A stretch of 64,000 nt of DNA from IMG/VR virus record IMGVR_UViG_3300049049_000114, one strand, 5' to 3'. A program made the translations under genes and the position numbers. Origin of the DNA: a virus. The notes under the pieces are model-generated. The model saw only the letters and a list, made by a program, of their open reading frames with translations. It searched no databases and had not been told where the DNA came from. Shown piece by piece: positions 47,301-55,203 of this stretch. Within the stretch, counting starts at the first letter, position 1. Every line of letters starts with the position of its first letter.

Positions 47301-48989
47301 TCCCTGCGCACCGGCCACGAAGGGGCGCTGGACAACTACGACGTGCAGTACCACCGGTCGAGCTATCTGGCGGTGCGCTACGCCCATGAGCACATCCAGT
47401 ACGAGGGCGGCCCCGACATGGTCGCTCTGGGAGGCAATACCGCCCTGGTCGACGCGGTCTACGCCGACGCTGACTTCCGCACCTTCAATGCCGAGCTCGT
47501 GCAGCGATCGCTAGCGTCCGGGGTCGACGTCTACGTCCCCTTCTACACGTCCATGGCGTTCCCAGGCACGCAGGGCCCGCAGTGCTGGGGAATCGGCCGC
47601 ACGCTGGCGCTGGACAAGGACATCGGCTCGGCGAGCACTACGCGGATTCGTGGCATCGACGACGTGCTGCTGGCGGCACCTCCGGCCTACACCGACCCGA
47701 ACAAGCTGCCAGGCACGCTGCATTTCGTCAGCGGCAACGGCAGCATCGTGGATGACACCACGGGAACGGGCGCGAACAACGGCATGCGCCAACTGTTCAG
47801 CTCGAGCAGCCTGCTGGAGAACCTGTTCTTCGTCGACCCGGCGAACGACGGCGGCGACATCGACATCACCATCTACGGTGGCTGCGTGGTCGGCGGCGGC
47901 TCGAACGGCGTGCGTGTCTACCTCGATGACGTGCTGGTGGGAACGGTCAACCTGCCGCTCGGCACGGGCTCGCCGCCGCATATCGCCAACATGCCGTCGG
48001 GCGGCAGCGCGGCGTCGACCTTCACTCTCACCGCGGTCGCCGCCGGCAAGCACCGCCTCAAGATCAAAGCCCCGGCGTCACAGCCCGACGAGGTCGGCGT
48101 GAGCAAGGTCGTCGGCGTCCAGCCGCCGGGCATTGACGAATTCGACAGCTACAAGCTCAGCGCCACCCAGTGGCGCAACGTCCCGTGGGGTCCGGAATCA
48201 TGGGTCGAGCCTGGCGGCCTGGGAACCCTCTACCAACGCCTGGATCTCGATTTGCCGGCAGGCACGGCGCCCGCAGGGGGCTGGCCCCTCGTCATCTGGT
48301 TCCACGCCAATGGCAGCACGAAGACGGTTCCGGGTTCCGGCGCCCTCTTCAACGCCAAGGCATCGGCCATGGCAGCCGGCTTCGCCTTTGCGGCTGTGGA
48401 GTTCAGGCATCCCGTGGTCAACGTGGGTGAAGGCGCACCCCACACCGACACCGGCTTGGCAATCCAGTACCTGCGGGCCATGGCCACCGCCATGCAGTTG
48501 GACAAGACCCAGTTCTTCGGCCTGGCCAAGAGCCGCGGCAGCCTGTGCTTGTGGCAGAGCCTTCAGGCGGACATGGCCAACTCCACTGCCGACACGTGGG
48601 AGGGGCGGCAGAGTTCTCTGCTGAAGGGGATCTGGACCCACGCGGCGCAGAGCACCTATTCAACCACCGAGTTCGCCAACCGGTTCATTCTGGCTGGTGA
48701 GCGGGCGGCCTTCCTGGTGGCCAATCCGGACGACGTCAGGTGGGGAAGTGCACTGCAGAGCATCCCCACGGCTCCGCAACCGCCCTACGTCACGATCCTT
48801 CATGCCGACGCCCATCCGACTGGTCTCGTCCACGCCAACGAGGTCGACGAGCACTACAGCGGGTTTGGCTCAGCCTTCCGGGACGACTACACCGCGAATG
48901 GCTTGGGTGCCCTCGTGACGGCCGACGATTTGATCAGTGACGCCAACGCATATATCGGCGCCACGGCCTGGTTCACCAGCCTTCTGTAG
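44364..48989 (+). CDS. 1541-aa multi-module carbohydrate-active protein (GH5-like barrel, second GH-A-like barrel, CBM-like module, alpha/beta-hydrolase esterase); putative head fibre
   Basis: ISGTQMLDTNGAPIVMRG...GANCRRIGI...VEP (GH5-like); HRFMD...PLEDMVRFCNELGCDLWYCFP...EYVNEEWN...YEGG; VRVYLDDVLVGTV...AGKHRLKI; PLVIWFHANG...AVEFRH...AKSRGS. Confidence 0.7.
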   Translation: MRRRSIYRNWFQRDRDRGQPGVGFAAITLAALTAIGSGTVTASERMSISGTQMLDTNGAPIVMRGMVVGRRNLVRPGDEAASAAMGANCRRIGIRWWTDGTSGFETDAESDANPGHLDPAYWAGTLAQIMATKAAGLKVHLFFDSNCGQGVGTGAVCNLGAGIVDFASNTPESNAKKAKYLEMIVWVIGQTIGLVDSMEGSVEPAGHFTQTTYWDFAEEIMDAVLPVDPHMIFYWGAYPNYQAASIGNAIRPGWNDVGSPYRNHLVATCDILTGLATNATLRTDRINNSIIPARIALGVPVVLQQVGTRTDDDPTDTYLDATLTQLDQAAGGPIGYMGWEETSTYPASYGFYALTNPSDPNSSRTVKEGRKAVWQAHFTGAYVNAAITLGAMTSTGVGTHGHAGTLAATLSPLTAVGTGTAGGGGGGPTTVLDLRMLGGQIDTPLDYSGLTMYQDLAKSARNFARDVTGLRYQEATTQLKILSLTRVSNVVSVVLREAVTVEHPEQDIATGFRLVLTCLQDPTFDADHAVITVTDQTHFTYATTGQANGSYATVSEYDVPATIINSVAVGSDGQPIEPFCAVLSTVNGSATAKADLNGTYVGTFPPGAVLPTGMTFDGAALTWGGGSTFSLVIDSVDSAFIVMHCTGVSAGFKMPRIIRNDMDTTGATLLRPDFVDFFGRFLRVHRFMDAGRTNSNSWIKSWAKRPVVACGMGMPLEDMVRFCNELGCDLWYCFPHWVDDDYVTRAATYIRDNLSPSLNVEFEYVNEEWNDRTFPHLMWCMTRLRKLLKAHFHGNKGESVITSVTKTAGVVTVNMNRAPPFANGTTVVFAITTGTTTGYNTSDTGAVATVAGNSFSFSGNSGSGTATVTEATLIGNPSSQVYAWDKVKTYRELATRMHGVRTYEVGQLVSAVFGGLNGRARMLMMNWFANTVANGNLEDMALKYLEAQHGTTKDWLWGIGGAPYPESEASNTTSTQVLASLRTGHEGALDNYDVQYHRSSYLAVRYAHEHIQYEGGPDMVALGGNTALVDAVYADADFRTFNAELVQRSLASGVDVYVPFYTSMAFPGTQGPQCWGIGRTLALDKDIGSASTTRIRGIDDVLLAAPPAYTDPNKLPGTLHFVSGNGSIVDDTTGTGANNGMRQLFSSSSLLENLFFVDPANDGGDIDITIYGGCVVGGGSNGVRVYLDDVLVGTVNLPLGTGSPPHIANMPSGGSAASTFTLTAVAAGKHRLKIKAPASQPDEVGVSKVVGVQPPGIDEFDSYKLSATQWRNVPWGPESWVEPGGLGTLYQRLDLDLPAGTAPAGGWPLVIWFHANGSTKTVPGSGALFNAKASAMAAGFAFAAVEFRHPVVNVGEGAPHTDTGLAIQYLRAMATAMQLDKTQFFGLAKSRGSLCLWQSLQADMANSTADTWEGRQSSLLKGIWTHAAQSTYSTTEFANRFILAGERAAFLVANPDDVRWGSALQSIPTAPQPPYVTILHADAHPTGLVHANEVDEHYSGFGSAFRDDYTANGLGALVTADDLISDANAYIGATAWFTSLL

Positions 48990-49029
48990 CAAGGCCGCCG
49001 GCGTCTAGCCCCCTTCTCGTTCCCCCTCC

Positions 49030-49053
49030 AGCCCGCCTTCGAGCGGGCTTTTT
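49030..49053 (+). terminator. Intrinsic terminator
   Basis: AGCCCGC-cttcga-GCGGGCT-TTTT. Confidence 0.75.
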
Positions 49054-49077
49054 CGTTTCCACCTGCCGGAGATTCAC

Positions 49078-49479
49078 ATGGCAATTCAACTGTCGACGGC
49101 GGTGCGCGATGCGCGCCAGAACGCCATCGAAACCGCGGTCGGCGTCAGCGCGGTCATCAAGATCCGCACCGGCGCGCCGCCGGCCAACTGCGCGGCCGCC
49201 GACAGCGGCTCCGTGCTGGCCACCATCGCCCTGCAGTCGGACTGGGCCGCGGCGTCCGCTTCGGGCACCAAGGCCTTCCAGGGAACGATGAGCGACGCGA
49301 GCGCCGATGCCTCAGGCACCGCGGCTCACTTCCGCCTCTACGCCAGCGACGGCACCACGTGCCACATGCAGGGCACGGTGGGCACCTCCGGCGCTGACCT
49401 GAACCTGTCCAGCGTCTCGATCACGGCTGGCGACCCGGTGACCATCACCTCGTTCACCACGACCGACGGCAACGCCTGA
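49078..49479 (+). CDS. Conserved small phage structural-region protein
   Basis: MAIQLSTAVRDARQNAIE...IKIRTG..P...SGTAAHFRL...GTVGTSGADLNLSS. Confidence 0.7.
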   Translation: MAIQLSTAVRDARQNAIETAVGVSAVIKIRTGAPPANCAAADSGSVLATIALQSDWAAASASGTKAFQGTMSDASADASGTAAHFRLYASDGTTCHMQGTVGTSGADLNLSSVSITAGDPVTITSFTTTDGNA

Positions 49480-49506
49480 TCGGCAGCGCTTCCAAGAAGC
49501 ACAACC

Positions 49507-49530
49507 AGCCCGCCGCGTGCGGGCTTTTTT
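49507..49530 (+). terminator. Intrinsic terminator
   Basis: AGCCCGC-cgcgt-GCGGGCT-TTTTT. Confidence 0.75.
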
Positions 49531-49545
49531 CATTGGGGAGCCGCC

Positions 49546-51084
49546 ATGGCCATCAGCTACGTGAACGTCACCTTCCTGCGGGACTGGCCCTTCGGCCCGC
49601 TGGTCTTCCCATCCGGGATGACTTGCAGCCTGCCCGAGGAGGCAGGCAAGGGGGCCGTGGCGGCAGGCTTCGCCAGGCTCAACTCCGTGGGCACCGACGG
49701 CGATCGGATCGCCATGGACGGCGTGACCAGCAATGGATCAACGGTCACGGTTCTGCCGACAGACTCAGCCGCAACGGCCAAGAGCAAGATCGAGACGGTC
49801 AACCCAGAATCCGGCATCACCGGCGACGTGCTGTGGGCCGACGGTGTCGGGCGCACTGTCAGCCTCGGTCCGGGCCGCATCCTGGTGCCCGAACTGACCC
49901 TGTCGCAGGCGCAGACCCTGCGCGGCGTCAAGGGGTCGACGATCCTTGCGCACGACGGCTCGGCCATCTCCGATCGGGGTGGCGGTGTTGGCGGGTTCAT
50001 CACCATCGCGAACGACTTTCGGTCGCACTCTGGCATCGCCGGCCAGGGCGTGATCGAGGACCTGGACATTGACGCCTCCATCGCAGGCGGCGTCACCAAG
50101 CCAGCGACGGTCCACGGCCTGTATCACCCGACACGCGCGGGCAGCGCCAACGCTCACACCATCCGCAATGTGGGCGTCTACAACGCCCCGAACAACGGCA
50201 TCCACTACGACGTCGGCAATGACAAGCTGGTGGCCCAGCGCCTGCGCCAGGAGGGCGCCGGCGGCGTTGGCATCTACATCGGCGGCGCGGACTGCAAGGG
50301 CTCGGATTTCGGCTCGGTGGCTGTCGGCAGTTCGTGCGAGATCAACGGTGCGGCCGTCGAGCTCGACAAGTTCGACTTCTGGCGGCCGAACGGTGCCAAC
50401 TCGGACCCGACCTTCAAGATCACCGGCGCGACGAACGGCTGTGTCATCAAGAGCGGCACGGTGGAAGGCAAGACGCTGTTCATCGGAAAGAACGAGGGCA
50501 ATTCCAACAAGTACATCAACGCCAAGGCGCAATTCGCCTTCGTCCACTTCAAGCTGAAGGACCAGGTGCCCGACTGCCTGTTTGAAGCGCAGTCGGCTGA
50601 CATGGTGGAACTGATCGCGTGCAAGTTCGGCTTCAGCGGCAATGACATCGTCACCCCGGTCGACTACCTGATCAAGATCACCGGCGCGACGCCAGGGATC
50701 GTCAAGATCATCGGCGGGGGCGGCTTGATGCGGTTCGTCGGCCGCGCAGGCGCCACGAACAAGATCCTCATGGACTGCGGCAAGCATGTCTGTGACCAAC
50801 CCGGGCGTCTGCTCTTCGAGTGGGGGCGCATGGGCACGGTCGAATTCGTGCCGATCGCGGCCACCGCGGGCTCGTCAGCCGACGGAAGCCTGAAGACGCA
50901 CCTGCCGTTTGACGGTGGCGCGCTCACCTACAACGTGTCCGACTACAAGTTCGGCTGGCTGAACCTGCAGGCGTACCTGGGCAACGCGTCCGCTGCGCTC
51001 GACACCGCGCCAGCGACCTTCACCATGCCAGAACTGCCGGCGTTGTCGTCGACCTGCGTTCCGGCACTGCGCTTCCTCCCTTAA
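49546..51084 (+). CDS. Beta-helix (pectate-lyase-like) spike/depolymerase candidate
   Basis: VSLGPGRILV...QTLRGVKGSTIL..., with repeated short beta-strand/Gly-Asn pattern. Confidence 0.6.
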   Translation: MAISYVNVTFLRDWPFGPLVFPSGMTCSLPEEAGKGAVAAGFARLNSVGTDGDRIAMDGVTSNGSTVTVLPTDSAATAKSKIETVNPESGITGDVLWADGVGRTVSLGPGRILVPELTLSQAQTLRGVKGSTILAHDGSAISDRGGGVGGFITIANDFRSHSGIAGQGVIEDLDIDASIAGGVTKPATVHGLYHPTRAGSANAHTIRNVGVYNAPNNGIHYDVGNDKLVAQRLRQEGAGGVGIYIGGADCKGSDFGSVAVGSSCEINGAAVELDKFDFWRPNGANSDPTFKITGATNGCVIKSGTVEGKTLFIGKNEGNSNKYINAKAQFAFVHFKLKDQVPDCLFEAQSADMVELIACKFGFSGNDIVTPVDYLIKITGATPGIVKIIGGGGLMRFVGRAGATNKILMDCGKHVCDQPGRLLFEWGRMGTVEFVPIAATAGSSADGSLKTHLPFDGGALTYNVSDYKFGWLNLQAYLGNASAALDTAPATFTMPELPALSSTCVPALRFLP

Positions 51085-51107
51085 CTCAACCACGCGAGAG
51101 TTCATCC

Positions 51108-51761
51108 ATGCGTCTCTTCCGCTCCATCACCGCAGCCGCCGCGATGCTGCTGCTGTCCGCGGCCACATGGGCCGCGAGCTTCCAGATTGCCTCGATCCTG
51201 GTCGACACCGAGGCCAACGTCCTGGCAAAGACCGGGCTCTATACCGGCCAGGAGGCCATCCTTACCGACCGCAACAGCATCAAGAAGGTGTGGAACGGCA
51301 GCGCCTGGAAGTTGGCGAGGACATGCCAACTGCTGGCGTACTCGCACGCTGCAGTGACCACGGCGGGCGATACCGCGACGAACACGGCGTTCACAGCGAC
51401 GCTGCCGGCGATGGGGGCCAATGACTACATCCGCGTCGAGTTCGGGTGGTCGCATACCAGCAGCGCCAACAACAAGGTCTATTCCGTCGAGGTCGACGGC
51501 TCCACCATGTATACGAACACGGTGACGACGACGACGATGCTCCACAGCTTCACGATGATCCATCAGCGCAATGCCACCAATGCCCAGGTCGCGATGGGAA
51601 ACGTCACGGCAGGTTATGGCACGTCCAGCGGCACCATCCAGACAGGCACACGCGATCTCAGCACGGCCGGCAAGACGATCACGGTTCGGTCGGCCAAGGC
51701 CAGCGGCGGCGAAACGACGACGCTTGAATACGCGGATGCGTTCGTCTGCGGTGGGGGCTGA
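51108..51761 (+). CDS. Beta-rich protein with a signal-peptide-like N-terminus
   Basis: MRLFRSITAAAAMLLLSAATWA followed by a Thr/Ser/Asn-rich beta domain. Confidence 0.55.
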   Translation: MRLFRSITAAAAMLLLSAATWAASFQIASILVDTEANVLAKTGLYTGQEAILTDRNSIKKVWNGSAWKLARTCQLLAYSHAAVTTAGDTATNTAFTATLPAMGANDYIRVEFGWSHTSSANNKVYSVEVDGSTMYTNTVTTTTMLHSFTMIHQRNATNAQVAMGNVTAGYGTSSGTIQTGTRDLSTAGKTITVRSAKASGGETTTLEYADAFVCGGG

Positions 51762-51797
51762 CCCCGGCGCCGGCCTAGCAACCACACAACCCACCAC

Positions 51798-51819
51798 AAG
51801 CCGCCTTTCGGGCGGCTTT
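51798..51819 (+). terminator. Intrinsic terminator
   Basis: AAGCCGCC-tttcg-GGCGGCTTT. Confidence 0.7.
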
Positions 51820-51841
51820 CGCATTTCTGGAGGGAATTCAC

Positions 51842-52531
51842 ATGGGAACCATCACCGGTCAGCAGATCGCTGACCGCGCCTGGATCAAGGTCAACGAGGC
51901 CACCGGGTCATCGGCTGTGCGCTGGACGCCGGCTGAAGCCCTCATGTGGCTCAACGACGGCCAGCGCGAGTGCGTCAACCAGCTTCCCCAGGCGTGGAGC
52001 AAGCGGGTGACCCCGACGCTCGTGGCCAGTTCCAGCCGCCAGGACTTCGCTGGGCTGTCGATCACCGATGGGGTGGTGCTGCTCGACGTCATCTGCAACT
52101 ACAACGCCGCGGGCACGACGCGCGGCCGCGCCATCACCAAGCGCGAGCGGGCGTGGTTCGATGACCAGCTTCCGACGTGGCACAACAGCGCGCCAGGCGA
52201 GGCCGTGCATTGGATGTACGACGAGCGCGACCCGAAGGCCTTCTACCTCTACCCGCAGCCGGCCACCGGCAAGGTCGAGATCATCTACTCGGCCATCCCC
52301 GCGGATCTCGGCTCGCTGGCCGGCGTCATCACGCTGGACGACATCTACGCCAACGCGCTGCAGTGGTTCATGTTGTTCTCCTTCTACTCGAAGGACGCGA
52401 CCTACACCAAGAACCCCGCGTCGGCCCAGGCGTACTGGACCCTGTTCATGCAGTCGCTGGGCCTGCGCGGCACGAACCTGGCCGGCAACGACAAGATCGG
52501 CACGCTGAACGCAACCGGGACGGGAGCCTGA
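51842..52531 (+). CDS. Head-to-tail adaptor-like protein
   Basis: RWTPAEALMWLNDGQRE...DDQLPTWH...WMYDERDPKAFYLYP...LDDIYANALQWF. Confidence 0.65.
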   Translation: MGTITGQQIADRAWIKVNEATGSSAVRWTPAEALMWLNDGQRECVNQLPQAWSKRVTPTLVASSSRQDFAGLSITDGVVLLDVICNYNAAGTTRGRAITKRERAWFDDQLPTWHNSAPGEAVHWMYDERDPKAFYLYPQPATGKVEIIYSAIPADLGSLAGVITLDDIYANALQWFMLFSFYSKDATYTKNPASAQAYWTLFMQSLGLRGTNLAGNDKIGTLNATGTGA

Positions 52532-52533
52532 CC

Positions 52534-54549
52534 ATGTTTCTCTACCGCGACGTTCTTCAGGACCGGGCCGGCAACAAGCGCTATGGCAGCGTGGCTGTCA
52601 CGCTGGCGGGCACCGACACCCCGGCGACCATCTACGCCGACTACCAGGGGGCCACCCCGCTGCCCAGCAACGAGGTGCTGACCAACAGCGACGGCGAGTT
52701 CTGGTTCTACCTCGGCAACGGGGTGTTCGACCTGACTGTCACGGTGGGCACCACCGAGAAGGTGATCGAAGGCATCGTCGTCGGGGACGTCAACGTCTTC
52801 AACGTCAAGCTGCGCGGCGCGCGCGGCAATGGAACGGCGATCGACTTCGATGCGATCCAGGATTGCATCAGTGAAGCGGAACTACTGATCGGGTCGAACG
52901 CCTACAACGACGTCGGCGTGCAGATCGACATGCCGTTCGGGCGCTTCAACATCGGCGAGAACAAGCTGCGCATCCGCAAGGGTGGGGTCTCGCTGGTGGG
53001 CCCGGAGGGGCGCGGCGCGGTGATCATCGGCGCGGGTGACTTCATCGAGATGGGGGACGACACCAACGCCGTCCAGACCACCAACGCCGCGCTGGTGAAC
53101 CTCACCCTTTTCAACACCGACACCTCCAACGAAGCCAAGGGCGTCAAGCTCTATCGGACGATCGGGGTGAAGCTCAAGGATCTCAACCTCATCAACTTCG
53201 ATATCGGCATCGACGCCGAGCGCGCGAGCACTACGCGCATTGAAGGCGTGGCGGTGCGCAACCAAAGCCGCACCACCAGCGCGTTCGCAATGGTCAGGAT
53301 GCAGGGCACTGATGAAACCGGCTTCGACACGCCGGCGGTCTACACGCCAGGCGGCGGCGTGCACATCACCGACTTCGAGGGGCGCGGCGCATCGCCGACC
53401 GCGGACACGACGCACGGCTTCCTGATCAAGAGCTGCGACGGCCTGTATGGGGTGAACATCCACGCCGGCGGATGCGAGGAGACGATCTCGCTGCGGCCTG
53501 ATGGCAATGCTGAGAATCGCGTGATCGCCGACCTGCACATCACGAATCTCTATTGCGACGAGCCTTCGCCATTCGCCGCCAGTCCGAAGGCCTTTGTGGT
53601 CGGTGGCTCCGTATCCGAGGCGATCGCGTGCGACGTCGGAACGGCGGTCTCCATCTATCGCGGCGTGCGCATCAATAACGGCCTGCTGCGCGGGAACGAC
53701 GAGGCCGACTATGGCCTGTACCTGCAGGTCACCGATGCCGACTCCTGGTACGACAACGCCAACCAGGCGCTGGACGACCTCAGCTTCACTCGCCTGACGC
53801 TCAGGCAGTTCAGGATTCGCGGCCTGCACGGCTTCGGCGCGCAATCTGGCGCCTACGTGGAGCCCAGCAACTTCGAGTTCACTCATAACCTGCTGGAGGA
53901 CAACAACACCAGCGGCGCGACCGGTGGGGCGAGCGACATTCAACTCGCGATCGCCAGCGGCAGCGTCAGCGCCAACGGCTTCGGCCCGGCGGGGGCGGAT
54001 GGGGCCGACTACACGATGCAGATCGTGGTCTCGGATGGTGGCGCTACCGACAACCCGAATGCGATGGTGCAGGTGGTCGACAACAACCTCACCAGGTGCC
54101 GCACGCCGGCAATCCGCCAGATCACGATTACGCGCAGCGAAACCGGTGCTCGGGTCGTGGAACGCGGCAACATCCTGCCCGGGACTGGTCGCGACTTCGA
54201 GTGCACTTTCAGCGCCACGACGGTCGGTGCAGTGGCGGTCGACCTGTGGGAGTACGTCATCCCGGCAGGCTCGGGTGGCAACGTCACGGTGATCCTGCAG
54301 GGCAGCAAGGCGGATGGCTCCAGTTTCTATGGCGCCACGCACACGGCGATCTTCAATCGAGACGGGTCGAGCGCCGCACTCAAGGGCGGGGCCTTCACCA
54401 CGGTGGATTCGTGGGACCGCAGCAGCCTCTACGGAGGGGCGCCACCGACCTCGACGCTGTCCTCGAGCACGTTGAAGTCAACGGTCACCGGCCTGCTCGG
54501 CGAGACGATCTACTGGACCGCCCGCGTGTCGATCGACTTCAACCGGTAA
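52534..54549 (+). CDS. Tailspike with beta-helix receptor-binding domain
   Basis: N-terminal head-binding segment (NEVLTNSDGEFWFY), then NVKLRGARGNGTAIDFDAIQDCI and beta-helix repeats. Confidence 0.75.
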   Translation: MFLYRDVLQDRAGNKRYGSVAVTLAGTDTPATIYADYQGATPLPSNEVLTNSDGEFWFYLGNGVFDLTVTVGTTEKVIEGIVVGDVNVFNVKLRGARGNGTAIDFDAIQDCISEAELLIGSNAYNDVGVQIDMPFGRFNIGENKLRIRKGGVSLVGPEGRGAVIIGAGDFIEMGDDTNAVQTTNAALVNLTLFNTDTSNEAKGVKLYRTIGVKLKDLNLINFDIGIDAERASTTRIEGVAVRNQSRTTSAFAMVRMQGTDETGFDTPAVYTPGGGVHITDFEGRGASPTADTTHGFLIKSCDGLYGVNIHAGGCEETISLRPDGNAENRVIADLHITNLYCDEPSPFAASPKAFVVGGSVSEAIACDVGTAVSIYRGVRINNGLLRGNDEADYGLYLQVTDADSWYDNANQALDDLSFTRLTLRQFRIRGLHGFGAQSGAYVEPSNFEFTHNLLEDNNTSGATGGASDIQLAIASGSVSANGFGPAGADGADYTMQIVVSDGGATDNPNAMVQVVDNNLTRCRTPAIRQITITRSETGARVVERGNILPGTGRDFECTFSATTVGAVAVDLWEYVIPAGSGGNVTVILQGSKADGSSFYGATHTAIFNRDGSSAALKGGAFTTVDSWDRSSLYGGAPPTSTLSSSTLKSTVTGLLGETIYWTARVSIDFNR

Positions 54550-54561
54550 GGAAGGTCCCGC

Positions 54562-55203
54562 ATGCCGATCATCATCGAGGACAGCGGCAGTGTGCCGCTG
54601 GTGTCCTTCGTGCGCGAGGTCATGCCTCACGTCCCGCAGTGCCCGGAGTTCTCGGCCGAGGTCCAGGTGCTCGAGGCGGCGCGCGACTTCTGCCGTCGCA
54701 GCCGCATCTGGCGGCAGGAGAACACCCTGCTGGTCACCACGGTGGCCGATCAGGCCGAGTACGACCTGGACCTCCCGGACGCCGCAGAACTCGCCTCGCT
54801 GGCCAGCGCGTGGGTGGGAGACCAGGAGGCCGACATCGAACTGCCAGGCGAGGGCGATGACATCGAGCCGGGCACCTCGGGCACCGAATGGAAGGTCGGC
54901 GTGGTGGACCACGACACCATCCGGCTGACCCCGGCTCCGGACACCGCCGGCATCGTGGTCAGCGGCACGGCGGTCTTCGCTCCGGCCGAGGATGCCACGA
55001 CCGTCCCGGACTTCCTCTACCGCCGCTGGAAGCGCGCCATCGTGCACGGCGCGATAGCGGCGCTTCAGTCGGAGGCTGGCAAGCCCTGGAGCAATCCGGG
55101 TGCGGTGCTGTTTCACCAGGGCAAGTTCGATGACGGCATCCTCGAGGCCTCCAACAAGGCCGGCCCGGTCCGCCGGCGGCCGCTTCGCGTGAGGACCTAC
55201 TGA
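54562..55203 (+). CDS. Tail adaptor/tubular protein candidate
   Basis: EVMPHVPQCP...AARDFCRRSRIW...AIVHGAIAAL...PWSNP. Confidence 0.6.
   Translation: MPIIIEDSGSVPLVSFVREVMPHVPQCPEFSAEVQVLEAARDFCRRSRIWRQENTLLVTTVADQAEYDLDLPDAAELASLASAWVGDQEADIELPGEGDDIEPGTSGTEWKVGVVDHDTIRLTPAPDTAGIVVSGTAVFAPAEDATTVPDFLYRRWKRAIVHGAIAALQSEAGKPWSNPGAVLFHQGKFDDGILEASNKAGPVRRRPLRVRTY

Noticed and set aside
44073-47393. 1106-aa minus-strand ORF, plus similar long antisense ORFs at 38319-40748 and 61779-63797
   Set aside because: Shadow frames opposite well-supported structural genes.
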